Assembly (NCBI GenBank): GCA_033442325.1
Contig: JAWQFM010000014.1
Span: 328,589 to 392,588 of the forward strand
Direction of reading: 5' to 3'
Length of the DNA stretch: 64,000 bases
Source: Salpingoeca rosetta
Taxonomy: Eukaryota; Protista; Choanoflagellata
Shown: positions 1 through 12,716 of the stretch, piece by piece
How the letters are laid out: the number at the start of each line of letters is the position of its first letter
Position numbering within the stretch: position 1 is the first letter of the stretch
Program-made: the position numbers and the translations under genes
The notes under the pieces: generated by a model
What the model saw: only the letters and a program-made list of their open reading frames with translations
Database searches by the model: none
Told to the model about the DNA's origin: nothing

Positions 1-5
1 ACACG

Positions 6-37
<32 letters not shown>

Positions 38-263
38 CACACACACACACTTTGCACAGAGTACGCGGAGCAAGCCCACGCAGCATACAGTATGATGGAG
101 TGCACAACACTTACAGGCTGCTGGGGTGGTTGTGGATGCTGCAGTGGTGGCCGAGGCGGTGCTGATAGCTCGCGAGCAGATGCGCGAAGAATCGCGTCAG
201 ATGCAGCGTCAGCAGGCGGTGGTGGCGCGCACTCACCAGCAGCGCCTGAACACGACACGACAC

Positions 264-327
<64 letters not shown>

Positions 328-1927
328 GCACATGATGGTAATTATGAGTTTGGAGACGATGGGGAGCGCAGCCGTGCGGCGAATAAATTTTTACGGCACC
401 ATCAAAACACACATGATGAGGTGATGGTGTGCCTGTTTGTACATATACACGTGTGCGCTGCGTGTGTGTATGTGTATGTGTGTGTGTGTACGTGTGCGGC
501 TGTGCGTGTGCCGCAGATGCAGACCTGAAAGTCACAGTAGAGGGACTTGAGGACGCGAACAAATTCGACGAGCTTGGTCTGCAGATGCACAAACGGGCAC
601 GCGGCAGCATCACACGCCACGGCCAGCACGTAGTCGTCCTCCAGGTACACATACGCCACGTGCACCAGCGTGCCAGACAGCACCTGTGTGTTGCCAATGG
701 GCTGTGTCACGGGTGTGCGTGTACGGGCATGCACATGTGTACGTGTGTCAACAGGGTGAGCTGTCGCTGTCGTTGTGGTGGGGACTCGACAAAGGTGCTA
801 TGCGCACGAAGCAAATGCTGAAACACACACACATACACACACACACACATGTAATGTCATCCCCCCCCCCAAGAAATTCCATGCACCGGCCGCCTCCTCA
901 CTGCTCAGGAGAACGCACCATGTCTCTGGTGACATGCTCGGGAAAGCTGTCGATCATGGTGATGAGAGCACCAGACAGCACGCCCAACGCAGACGCTGGT
1001 TGCTCATCCTCATTCTCTTCCTCCTCTTGTTCCTCTTCATCCTCTGCTTTTGCTTTGTTTCCTTTTTCCTTTTCCTCCTGTTCCTCCTGTTCCTCCTTTT
1101 CCTCCTGTTCCTCCGCCTTATTCGCCTCTTGATGGGGGTTGCTGCTGCTGCCAGTGCGACTGTTGACGTCAGCAGCAGCAGCAGTGCCTGCTTGGTTATG
1201 CTCGCGGTTCACGGGTCCGTGCTCTGCCGTGGCGGTGTCGTCTGTGACCACAGTATCGTCGCGGCTGTCGCTGCCGCGCTCTGCTGCTGCCGCTGCTGTT
1301 GCAGTTGCATCAACGCCACCTGCTCCCTGCTTTCCGCCATCACCGTGCCGGCTTTCGCTCCCCTCGCGCTGAGCCCGACTGCCATCGCCGCCACCAGCAC
1401 TCGCTGCCACGTCTACGGCATCGCTGGTGTCGGCTTCATCCTCCCCCAGCAGCGACGCAGCAAGTCGCGCAGCCTCAGACGCGTTGTACTGTTGGTGAAG
1501 CAGTCGGAGCCATGAGTTAATGGTTCGAGACGCAAGACAACATCAAAGGCCAACGACACACACATACACACACACACACACACAGGCACACAACGCACCG
1601 CTGCAGCGACTGCGGCCTTGTAGCAGTAGGTGGCGTCCTTCTCCCGCTTTGCACGCTTCTCGTTCGGGCGACGCATGAGCACCGCGTCGCACATGGTGGT
1701 GGCCACCGCCCCCTCGAGCGTACGCACCGACGGCAGCAGCCGCAGCAGCCGCGATAGCGCAGGCTCTGTGCAGACATGCACGCACACACGCACGTAGGCA
1801 CGCATGTACGCGAATTGGGTCAGGTTGAGAAGGGGTGAGCACCAACGTTCAAATGAAAACGGGACAGGGGATGACTGAGGGAGGGGGAGACAGAGAGGGG
1901 TGGCACAGGCGGAACGGCCACGCTTGT

Positions 1928-1984
<57 letters not shown>

Positions 1985-2770
1985 CGACGACGTCGTCGTC
2001 CGTTCCGTTCCGTCGTNNNNNNNNNNNNNNNNNNNNNNNNNNNNNNNNNNNNNNNNNNNNNNNNNNNNNNNNNNNNNNNNNNNNNNNNNNNNNNNNNNNN
2101 NNNNNNNNNNNNNNNNGTCGGCCCAGCGGTCGCCTTGCAGCAGTCTGCAGGGCAGCAGCATACACAAGGTAAACGGGAGAAAGGAGACCAGCCAAGGGCG
2201 TGCCATGATGACCAGGTGACAACAGCACCGCCCACCGTCATGTGTCCTCGTCAGCCGGTTCACTCACATGTATCGTGCGCAATGCATACGCACTAAGGCA
2301 CGCACACTTGCACACACACGCACACTTGCACACACACACGCACACTTGCACACACACACACACACACTTGCACACACACACACACACACACTTGCACACA
2401 CACACACACACACACACACGCACGCAGTTGCGCACCTATCCTGGGTTTGCGAGACATCGCGATCACGCGGCAGCACGGTGGTGGGGGCATCACTGTCGTG
2501 CGATGTTTGCAGGTGGTCGTCATCAACCTCTGTGACCGTCAGCTCGTTGGACGCCGGTCCAGATGACGTCATGACGGATGGACGACGCTTCACACGGCGA
2601 GCATCCTGTTGCAGTGAACCACCGCATACACATACACGCACACGTGGCAGCGCCACAAATTACGTGAGCCTTTTAAGATGGTGTTCCTCTGTTGTCGATG
2701 ACAAACAGCCCGTGCACTTGTGTGCTACCAGGTCGGGACGCAGGATAAAACAAGCCCAACACACAATATA

Positions 2771-2821
<51 letters not shown>

Positions 2822-4528
2822 AGTTTCGTGCACCACTGCAGGATGGGATCAGCTGTGCTTGGCGCGACGGCGGCCTGTGGACGATTTGTCCACTCGCGTG
2901 AACGTGGGAGAACCACCGAGGACGTCAGCGTGTGCACGGACACATCTGCAAGCGCTTTTGCCAACGCAGGGTTGTTGTTCGCTCGCTGTAAAACGTCCTG
3001 TGCGTTTGGGCAAGTGTTGCGCATGTAGAACGTGCATGCGCAGGCATACGTGTATGCGTGCGTGTGCGTGCGTGTGATTGCATGTTGAAAAGGATGAGCA
3101 GGGAAGCAGAGAAAGCCGCAGCAAGTAGAGTTGTTGCACAAAACCACTTGCATGCCAAGCAAAGCACCACGCGAACACCACGCGAACACCACGATGCCCG
3201 ACCCCCTCCCCGCCCCCAAAGTGCCGACGTCAACAATGGCATCCAAAGATTGAAAGCAGCACCAACGCACCAGCTGGCGTGAGAGCTCGGCCATCAGTTT
3301 CGGCGATGCGCTGATCGTCTGGCCTGCAGTGCCACCGGCTGCAGCTGCAGCACACACCGCACATAATGAGCACACGATGCATGCCAATTCGTGCGTGAGT
3401 GACAGAGAACGCACCTCGCGTTTCAGCTACTCAGATGGCGTCAGCATAATAAATAAATCAGGGGGCATAATAAATAAATCAGGGGCAAACAAGTTACATT
3501 TCACATCACACGCACCCGCTTCATCCACGCTCACACACGCACCGGTGGGCGTTGACGGCGATAATGGTTGTGGCGTGGCCTGTGATAACTGCTGGGCTTC
3601 ATCTGCCGTGCCCGACAGCATGTACAACTGGCTGGTCGCGTGCGTGTGCGCACCGCTGTCGCCAATGGCATCCCGCGCACGCGATACAATCGAGTTCATC
3701 TGCACCTGCTGCACAACAGCACCAGAGGACAATCAGGGCATACAAGAATTAAAGCGTGCGCGTGTGTGCATGTGCGTGTGCGTGCGTGCATGTTCATGGG
3801 TGTACATGTATGTGCGAATGTGGGTGACGTATGTGCTTGTTCGTTCGCGCTCGGCACCCTCAAAGGAGGTCGCCATGCGTCTCCCACGAGCACCTCGCGT
3901 CCCGCATAAACACGGCCATCATCCATCAATGCAAGTACAAGCGCCAGCCACCGTACCCTCTTCCTCCTGTTTGGCGGGGTGTATCCTGCGTGTGCGAGGC
4001 GCGGCGACGTGCGATCGTGCGTGGCGTCGCTGTGCTGCCGAAACAGCAGCGCGGCAGCAGCAGACGGCGATGATGAGGATGACAACGCAGCCGTGGTGGG
4101 CACGGCCAATGACGGCGAAGTTGGTGCGCTGGACAGCATTGCCCCGGCGCTTGTTGAGGCAGCGGGGGCTCCCTGATGCTGCTGCCGCGGCAAACGCGTT
4201 GGCAGGGTCGTGCACGCCACATGGTGATGCACGCTCGCATCGGTGATGCTGGATGCTGGCGATGCAATGAACGAGCCGTCAGGGTTCTGGGCGTGCACGT
4301 GTGCATGAGCATGTGTACGTGCGTGTGCGTGTGCGTGTGCGTGTGATGATGATGATGCTGACGCGGATGTGGGTGGCGGTGAGAGCGGGCCGTTGCGGCC
4401 GGTTTCCGCCAGCGACACCGACGACGACGGCGATTGCGGAGCTGCAGATGAGTCATCAAGCCGCGTGGTGAGGTGCGGGCGCTGGGTCCAGTCAACGGAG
4501 CGGTGGTGTGCAGGAGAGACAGGCAGGG

Positions 4529-4571
<43 letters not shown>

Positions 4572-5046
4572 TTGTTGTTGTTGGCGTAGCCTGTGTTCAC
4601 GGCGCAACTGCTGCTGCACTCGCAACATGTGTTTCTCTGCGTCATACTCCTCTGCATGGTGCACGCCAGCATCAGCGTGCCCGCCTCGGGTGCCTTCATG
4701 CATTTGCATCTGCGCCATCTTCACCTGCGCGAGTGAGCCGCCGCGGTGCTGTGGGCTGCCGTGCATGTGTGGCCGTGGTGATCGTGAGCGTGAGCGTGGT
4801 CGTGGTGATCGTGAGCGTGAGCGTGCCCGCAGCTGCGCCGCAAACGACCCACTACCACCACCACCGCGGTGCTGCAGCAGCTGCTGGTGCCTGCCCCTGA
4901 TGTGGCGGCGGGAGGGCGAGCCGTGCTGGGAGGAGGACGCAGACGCTGGTGGTGACGGCGTTGTTGCTGGCAGCAGGTTCGGTGCAGACGCAGAGACAGG
5001 TGGTGATTGCAGCGGGATTGCAATGCCATGGCTCGCCTGCTCGGTG

Positions 5047-5083
<37 letters not shown>

Positions 5084-7295
5084 ACTGCTGCTGCTTGTGT
5101 TGAAGTTCATGTTCGGACACGACCAGCGCCGGTGTTGGTGTCATCGTTGTTGGCGCCCCAGTTGCGACCGCTGTTGGGGTGGTGTGCAGCGATGTGGCGC
5201 GACGGCCAGCCCAGGCCCCGCCCGCCGCGTTGACTGCAGTGCCGCTCGTGCCGCTGGTGCCGCTGGTGCCGCTGGCAATGGTGGTGTTGGGGGAACCGTG
5301 TACGGTTGAGCGGCGGCCCGGCGACTCTGCGCGGATTGTGTGCAGGTACGACAGGATGTCGTCGCTCTGCTGTAGAATGGCCATTACTTGGTCTTCGCTC
5401 ATGTGCTTCGACTGCTGCAGGGCCATGCGCGTGCTCGACACGCGGCGGTGGCGCGGTGTCATTGCCCGCACCTGCCGTGAGCCAGATCCGCGCCCAACGA
5501 CTGCTGTTGCTGCTGGCGACGGCGTCGCTGCCTCTGCTGTCGCTGTGGTTGGTGTTGTTGCAGCTGTTGTTGCTGGCCTTGCAGTTGCTGTTGCTGTTGC
5601 TGCTGTAGTTGTTGTGGTAGGTGCAGCTGTTGTGGTCGTCTGCGTTGGTGTTTGGGATGCTGTTGGCGCTGCAGTGGGCGCTTGTGCCCCTTGCTGTGTG
5701 GAAACAGCTTGCGTCGGGGAGATGGTATGGCCAGATTCAACGGGTGCCGGCCCATTTTCTTCCTGATGGTCACGCGCGGGTTCTGTGCTTGTGCTACTTG
5801 CCACATGTGTTGTGCTGGCTGCATGTGATGTGCTGGCTGCATGCGTTGTGCTGGCTGCATGCCTGTGTCCTGCTCCCCGCCACTGTTGCTGTTGCTGTCC
5901 CTGTCCCTGTGTTTGCTTTCCCTTGCCTTTCTGTTGCGACTGTTGCTGCTTGATCTTTGCAAGCACAGAGTCTGTTGAGTGCAGGATGCGCAGGAAGTGG
6001 TCCTCATCATATCGGCTCGCCGTGTCGCTCTCAACAATCCACACGTCATCAGCATCCTTGGACACGTGGCCGCTCGGTGAGTGAAGCCCAGCAGGGTCGC
6101 TGGCCACGTTGCTCGCAGCTGTGTGTCCATGTGCCGCGCCGGGTGTGGCTGTCGTTTGTTCTGTTGACGCGGACGCCGCCGTTGTCACGGCCATGCCTGA
6201 TGATTGTTGCGATTGTGTGACTCCGGCTCCTGGTTGCGTGGACACAATGTTGGAAGAGCCAAGATCTTCCTCACCAGTGCTGTCAACGTTGCGAGCTTGG
6301 GCCTGCTGCGTCTGTGCCCTGCCATCCCAAATTACACCGTTCTGCTGCTGCTCTTGCTGTTGTTGTTGTTGTTCCTGCCGCTGCTGCTGTTGTTGTTCTT
6401 CTTGTTCTTCTCTTGTTGCTCCTTCTTCCCCTCCTCCTCCTCCTTCTTCTTCCGTTTGGTTTCCTCCTCCTCCTCTTCCTCCTTCTTTTTCTGCTTCTGC
6501 TACTTCTTCTTCTTCTTCTTCTTTAGCTTCGTCTTCGTGGTTGACTTGGTCCTGGTGCTGCCCTGCTTGACCTCCTTGTGGTGCTCCATTCTCTGTTGCG
6601 GAAGCGTCTTCAGCGTCAGCCGGTTCTTGATCTTCGCTAAACTCCAACGAGCCCCAGGCAGCGTCTTCCTCTGCATCCGGGGACAGGTGTTCATCGTCGC
6701 CAACAGCACCGTCACCAAGAACAGCACCCCCATCCTGCGGGCTGCCTGAGCGCTCGTGATGTCCTCCATTCGCCACCTCATCACTGGTCTCTGGCGGCGA
6801 GTCGTGGCGCACAACATTGGTATCGTCGTGTGCTGCCCCGACCCCATCCGTCACCCCGTGGGGACCGCTACGGTCACCGACACTTCCACTCACTGGGTGC
6901 TCCACTCCATCGTCGCCACCGCCATCATCACCATCGTCATCACTGTCAACGTTGGCAGCACCATCATCAGCACCACCATCAGTGTCGGTTGACTGCCCTT
7001 CCTGTTGCGGTTCATGACGTACGCCCTCCTCTGCTTCATCTGCGCCCTCTGCAACACGACGTGCTGCATGTGTTCCTGGTGCATTTGTGGCTGCTACTTC
7101 CTCGCCCCTTCCCTGCTGCTGTGCCTGGTGGTGTCCCCCATCGCCCCCAGCCTCAACCTCCTCCCCACTCACGTCTTGCTTCCTCTCCACGCCTTGCTCT
7201 CCGTTGTCGCCGCCGTTCATCGTCTCACTTCGTTCTTCCGGCCACCGACAAATTGCGGTACCATCAACAAATTTCGCAACAGCGATCTCGTGCAT
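1..7295 (-). CDS. INTU: Inturned-like (INTU/CCZ1 first longin domain) protein with long disordered N-terminus; multi-exon, 3' end beyond the window start, interrupted by an assembly gap
   Basis: Exons ~1620-1771 (...EKDATYCYK), ~918-1488 (...[20 protein letters not shown]), 525-683 ([53 protein letters not shown]) and ~113-246 ([13 protein letters not shown]) follow the order of the INTU longin-1 region as I recall it (ILYHYP...RGIFLTL...IHVAY...LKFMYG...LFFQ). Linking the large low-complexity exon 7295-~3840 to this gene is inferred. Confidence 0.55.
2017..2116. other. Assembly gap (100 N)
   Basis: Run of N. Confidence 1.
3443..3486. repeat. ~21-bp AT-rich tandem duplication (GCATAATAAATAAATCAGGGG x2)
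   Basis: Directly visible direct repeat. Confidence 0.85.
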
Positions 7296-7786
7296 TTTTT
7301 CCCAAGCGACAACAGCAAAGGCGACCTCGACCCGCCAGCTTGCTTCGCGTGCGCCATCATATCCGAGGGTCCTCTTCTGCCATCGACCTGCCCCACTTCT
7401 CTCCTCTCTCCCTCTTTATTGTCGGTGGCGCTGATCCTGAGCGCACCAGCCTACCACCCGCCACGGTACACATGCGTGTTGGATCTTTGTGTGTGGGATG
7501 CAGTGTTTTCAGTTGTGATTTGCTGCTGGAAGGACGTGCTTTGCTGATGATGGTCACATCACGTCACATTCCCACAATCTGCACCCTGTTATGTAATGAG
7601 GTCGTTTTGTGCACACTCGAGAACACACACACACACTTGACACACACACACGCTCTCTCTCTCTCTCTACAAACAGACACGGCACACACGCACACGCACA
7701 CACACACCTACACACACACACACACACGCACACGGCTCACTCTCCACACCACGCACGCTGTCATCATACACGCACATTGCTTGCAG

Positions 7787-10375
7787 ATGAAGTTCTTTCG
7801 GACGTTGCGGGATGTGATGGGCGAGTCGCTGACTCAACTGAAGCAGGATGCACGCAAGAACGCGCGCACGGCTCGCCACACCATCCACACCTCAGTGGTC
7901 GGGGCGCCTCGCTCCTTGTACCAGTACTTTGTTGATTCCGCTCGCTTCTACCGCAAGAACCTAGGCACGCTGCGCCAGGAGCTTGCCTCCGGCTTCACCA
8001 TCTCCGTGCTGCAAATCCCGGAATCCGTGGCCTTCAGCTTTGTTGCGGGCGTGGACCCCGTGATTGGGCTCCGTGCGACCGTGTTCATGGCCCTGGTCTG
8101 CGGCGCGCTCGGCGCCCGGCCCGGCATGGTGAGCGGCGCCGCGGGTGCCATGGCCGTCATCCTCGCCGAGCTGAGCGCGGCCGGCGGCAAGTGGAACGAC
8201 CGGCCACGCGACGAGATTGAGCGTCTCGTGTTCATGACCATGATCCTGACGGGCGCCATCCAGTTTGGCATTGGGCTCCTCGGCCTCTCGCGGCTCTCCA
8301 AGCTCATTCCCTTCACGGCCATGATTGGGTTCATGAACGGCCTGGCCATCATCATCCTCATTTCGCAGCTGGACGCGTTCAAGGAGTGCCCCGGCAACGA
8401 CTACTCCGTGTGCGCACGCGCAGGTACGCTCAAGTGGCGCTCGCTGGCGGAGGGCAACACGTGGATGGTGATTCTGGAAACGGTCATGGCAGCCATCACG
8501 GTCACGGTGTTCCCGCGGTGGAAGACGGTACACCGCTACATCCCGGCTGCGCTGGTGGCGCTGGTGCTTGTCACCTCCTTTGAGCACGGCATCAACCGCA
8601 CGCTGATCAAGCTGCCCACGCGGACGGTGGCGGAGACGGCGGACGTGGAGGGCAAGTTCATCACGCCAGGCATCCCCGACCTCCCGGACGACACGCCGTG
8701 GAACGACATCATCACATATGCGGTGATCATGGCGCTGGTCGGCATCATTGAGTCTGTGATGACGAGCGACGCGGTTGCCGAGCTGCTGCAGGAGCCCAAC
8801 GGGCCCTTTGCCTCGACACAGGACACGCTGGCGCAGGGCATGGGCAACTTTGTGTCTGGGCTGTTTGGCAGCATGGGTGGCGACGCCATGATTGGGCAGT
8901 CGGTGGTCAACGTCATCAACGGCGCGCGGTACCGCCTGTCCACCATCTCCTCGGGGGCGTTTCTTGCGCTGGTGATTGTTGCGCTGCCAGATGCCATTGG
9001 CCTTGTCCCCGTCGCCTGCCTCACAGGCATCCTCTTCATCATTGTGGTCAAGACCTTCCACTGGAACTCGTTTATCCTTCTGTTCCAGCTCAACTGGGCC
9101 GACTCGCTCAACATCATCATGGTCACCGCGCTCGCCGTCACCACCAACCTTGCCATTGCCGTTGGCGCCGGCATTGTGTGGCGCGCGCTTGTGCACTCGT
9201 TTGCCACCAGCTCGCTCCTGCACGTGCGCACGGAGCTGCTTGGGCCGGACGGCAAGCCGCTGTCGCCCGAGCACGCGGCCATCATCACCGCCACCGCGCG
9301 CCACATTCAGGAGGTGCCGGAGCCCGCATCGGACGCGTCTTCGCGCGACCTCCTCGTGCAGCAGCAAGAGGAGCAGGAGCAGCAGGCGCAAGGACAAGAA
9401 CAAGCACAGAAGCCAGCGCAGGAGCAGCAACAGCAGGAAGAGGGCGCTGGTGTGACCGAGGAAGACAATGATGCAACGGCGAAGGAAAAGTCAGCAACAA
9501 CAGCAACAACGGCAGCGGCGGTGACAGCGACAGCTACAAAACCAGCAACAGCAGAAGCGACGACGTCTGCGTCGGCGGCCTCTGTGGCCATGCCGGGCCC
9601 CTCGGACCTGACCAAGGTGTACCACGTACACGGCCCGCTGTTCTTTGGGTCTGTGACGGCCTTCCGCACGGCGTTTACGCCGGGGCCAGATCCGCCCCAC
9701 GTTGTGATTGAGCTGCGCGAGGCGCTGGTGTCTGATTTCTCGGGCGTGTCGGCCATTCGCGCCGTGTGCAAACGCTACCAGCAGCTGGGCAAGAAGATTG
9801 TCATTCGCGGCCTGTGCGCGCACTCGCAGTCGCACGTGCACCGCAACCCGAAGCTGCGCCCGCTCACACAGGCGTCACGCGGCGGCGGCGGCGGCGGCGG
9901 CGGCAGTGCGGAGAGGAAGGAAGAAGAGCAGGAGGAGGGCGATGGCGTTGCGCTGGTGGGCGACGATGCACAGCAAGGGCGGCAACAGCAGCAGCGGCGG
10001 CGCAGGCGGGGTGAGGCCGCAGAGGGGCAGGAGCAAGAGGAGGATGTTGTGGGCCGCGCTGTGTCCGCCATGCGGCCCATTGACGAGGAAGAAAGCGAGG
10101 AAGAAGAGGAGCGGGACCTGGAGCACCTGCGTCTGTTCCAGCCACAGGGTGACGAGTTGAACCGGCCAGAGGTGGAGCTCACCTCGGAGCAGGCCACCGC
10201 CGTGCTGCGCGCAGCCGGCATTGAGGTTGAGGACGACGAGGACGATGGCGATGACTACAGTGGCAGTGACGGTGGTGATGGTGGTGCTGATGCAGCGCAC
10301 CTCCGTCGCCGTCGCTCGCGCCAGTCGCGCCAGCTCTCCCGCACCTCGCTCGCCTCACAGACCTCGGTCATCTGA
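7787..10375 (+). CDS. SulP/SLC26 family anion (sulfate/bicarbonate/dicarboxylate) transporter with C-terminal STAS domain; intronless CDS
   Basis: ATG 7787 (MKFFRT). Motifs QIPESVAFSFVAGVDP, GARPGMVSGAAGAMAV, GFMNGLAIII, AQGMGNFVSGLFGSMGGDAMIGQSVVN; STAS HGPLFFGS...DFSGVSAI; many TM segments. Confidence 0.93.
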   Translation: MKFFRTLRDVMGESLTQLKQDARKNARTARHTIHTSVVGAPRSLYQYFVDSARFYRKNLGTLRQELASGFTISVLQIPESVAFSFVAGVDPVIGLRATVFMALVCGALGARPGMVSGAAGAMAVILAELSAAGGKWNDRPRDEIERLVFMTMILTGAIQFGIGLLGLSRLSKLIPFTAMIGFMNGLAIIILISQLDAFKECPGNDYSVCARAGTLKWRSLAEGNTWMVILETVMAAITVTVFPRWKTVHRYIPAALVALVLVTSFEHGINRTLIKLPTRTVAETADVEGKFITPGIPDLPDDTPWNDIITYAVIMALVGIIESVMTSDAVAELLQEPNGPFASTQDTLAQGMGNFVSGLFGSMGGDAMIGQSVVNVINGARYRLSTISSGAFLALVIVALPDAIGLVPVACLTGILFIIVVKTFHWNSFILLFQLNWADSLNIIMVTALAVTTNLAIAVGAGIVWRALVHSFATSSLLHVRTELLGPDGKPLSPEHAAIITATARHIQEVPEPASDASSRDLLVQQQEEQEQQAQGQEQAQKPAQEQQQQEEGAGVTEEDNDATAKEKSATTATTAAAVTATATKPATAEATTSASAASVAMPGPSDLTKVYHVHGPLFFGSVTAFRTAFTPGPDPPHVVIELREALVSDFSGVSAIRAVCKRYQQLGKKIVIRGLCAHSQSHVHRNPKLRPLTQASRGGGGGGGGSAERKEEEQEEGDGVALVGDDAQQGRQQQQRRRRRGEAAEGQEQEEDVVGRAVSAMRPIDEEESEEEEERDLEHLRLFQPQGDELNRPEVELTSEQATAVLRAAGIEVEDDEDDGDDYSGSDGGDGGADAAHLRRRRSRQSRQLSRTSLASQTSVI

Positions 10376-10408
10376 GAGAGAGTGAAGGCTTTTGTGTGTG
10401 TGTGTGTG

Positions 10409-10441
<33 letters not shown>

Positions 10442-10719
10442 TGATGTGTGTTTATGTGCGTGTGTGTGTGTGTTGATGTGTGTGTGTGTGTTGATGTGTG
10501 GTACCCTTTTCGTTGTGTGCTGTGGGTTGTACTAGAAGTCGAGGGGGACTGAGCTGTCCTGTGTGCTCAGGTGGTGTTGCTGCTGATCGTCCCTCTCTGT
10601 GTTGCCACTGTTTTTGTCCACCGCGTTGTAACCGATTGATCCTGTATCCTGTGTGTTTTGTGTTGCCGCTGTGCACGTTTGTTTCGAATTACACGAATGA
10701 AACACAAGCAAGCATGTGT

Positions 10720-10757
<38 letters not shown>

Positions 10758-11005
10758 GTGAAGGTGAACGAAGAACAGGCCAAGCTGCAACGCGACACAC
10801 CATGAGCCAATGGGTGCCAGGAGTTGCATCTAAATCTACGATTCGCACGGAAAACTGTGTGGTGCGCAGCTGGTGGATAGTCGATACAGGCGGGGGTGCT
10901 GCAATATCGCGACCGAAACAACAGCAGCGACATTCACGCCAGACGCCACGAGGCACGATCACACCACAGCTTCACCAGCGACAGCCACTGGACCACTGAA
11001 CCGCG

Positions 11006-11100
11006 ATGGGAGGAGGAGGCCAGCAGCAGCAGCCCGCCAAGGAGCGGAAGGAGGTGTTGATCGATGGCATGCTCTACGACGTGACATCGTTCCGTCACCC

Positions 11101-11183
<83 letters not shown>

Positions 11184-11489
11184 TGTCTGTGTGTCTGTGT
11201 GTGTCTGTGTGCGTCTGTGTGCGTGTGTCTGTCTGTCTGTGTGCGTGTCTGTGTGTGTGTGTGTGTGTGTCTGTCTGTGTGTCTGTGTGTGTCTGTGTGT
11301 CTGTGTGCGTGTCTGTCTGTCTGTGTCCATGTGTGTCCGTCTATCCGTCCCTCCGTCTGTCCGTCGATCCGTGTGCATGCGTGCTTGCGTGTCTCTTCCG
11401 TGAGTCAATCAGCCACGGCACGCTCACGATTCACCGATTCCCGTGCTCCCATGTACCCTTCCACACACACACATTCACACACGCACACG

Positions 11490-11543
<54 letters not shown>

Positions 11544-12716
11544 CACGCACGCACAGGCGGCTCGATCATCAAGTTCCTGACAAACCACGGCGATGCGACG
11601 GACGCGTTCCACCAGTTCCACCTGCGGAGCGAGCGGGCGCAGAAGCTGCTCAAGGTGCTGCCCAAGCGCCCGGCCCCAAAGGATGTGATTGCGGAGCGCG
11701 GCGGCAACGGGCAGGAAGGGCTGGCCAAGGCGTTTGCCAAGCTGCACAGCGATCTCAAGGCCGAGGGCTACTTTGACCCGTCCATGGCGGAGGTGGCATA
11801 CCGCACGCTCGAGCTTGTGGCCATCCACGCCCTGGGCGCCTACTTCCTCATGACGGCGACTAACGTGTTCTCGGTCATCGCAGGCATCCTGTGCCTGGCC
11901 ATGGGCCAGGGCCGCTGCGGCTGGCTCATGCACGAGGGCGGCCACTACAGCATGACCGGCAACGTGGCCATTGACAAGGCGTTCCAGATTGTGCTGTACG
12001 GCGTTGGGTGCGGCATGTCTGCCGGGTGGTGGCGCAGCCAGCACAACCGGCACCACGCCACGCCGCAGAAGCTGCAGCACGACGTTGATCTCGAGACACT
12101 GCCCCTGGTTGCCTTCAACACCCGCATTGCCGAGCGCACAAAGTCGCCCGCCGTGCGCGCGTGGCTGAGCATGCAGCACATCTTGTTCATCCCCGTGTCC
12201 TGCCTGCTCGTCGCCCTTGGCTGGCAGCTCTTCCTGCACCCGCGCTACATGCTGCGCACCAAGAAGAAGTTTGAGTTTATGACGCTGTTTGTGCGCTACT
12301 ACCTCCTGTTTGGCGTTGTGCTGCAGGGCTACACGTGGCCCGCGGCAATTGCCATCTATCTCCTGTACAACGGCCTGAGCGCCTCGTACATCTTCACCAA
12401 CTTTGCGCTGTCGCACACGCACCTGCCCGTGACCAACCCGGACGAGTACCTGCACTGGGTTGAGTACGCGTCCAAGCACACGACCAACATCACCTCGAGT
12501 GCGCTGTGCGACTGGTGGATGGCGTACCTCAACTACCAGATTGAGCACCACCTCTTCCCCTCCATGCCGCAGTTCCGCCACCCGAAGATTGCCGGCCGCG
12601 TGCGCAAGCTGTTTGAGGACCACGGTCTCGTGTACGACGTGCGCGACTACTTTGCCTGCCTCGACGACACCCTGTCCAACCTCGCCCGCGTCGGCAACCC
12701 AGACAAGGCCAAGTAA
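11006..12716 (+). CDS. Cytochrome b5-fused front-end fatty acid desaturase (Delta5-like); exons 11006-11102 and 11557-12716
   Basis: Splicing restores the HPGG heme motif; His boxes HEGGH, HNRHH and QIEHH are present. Confidence 0.95.
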
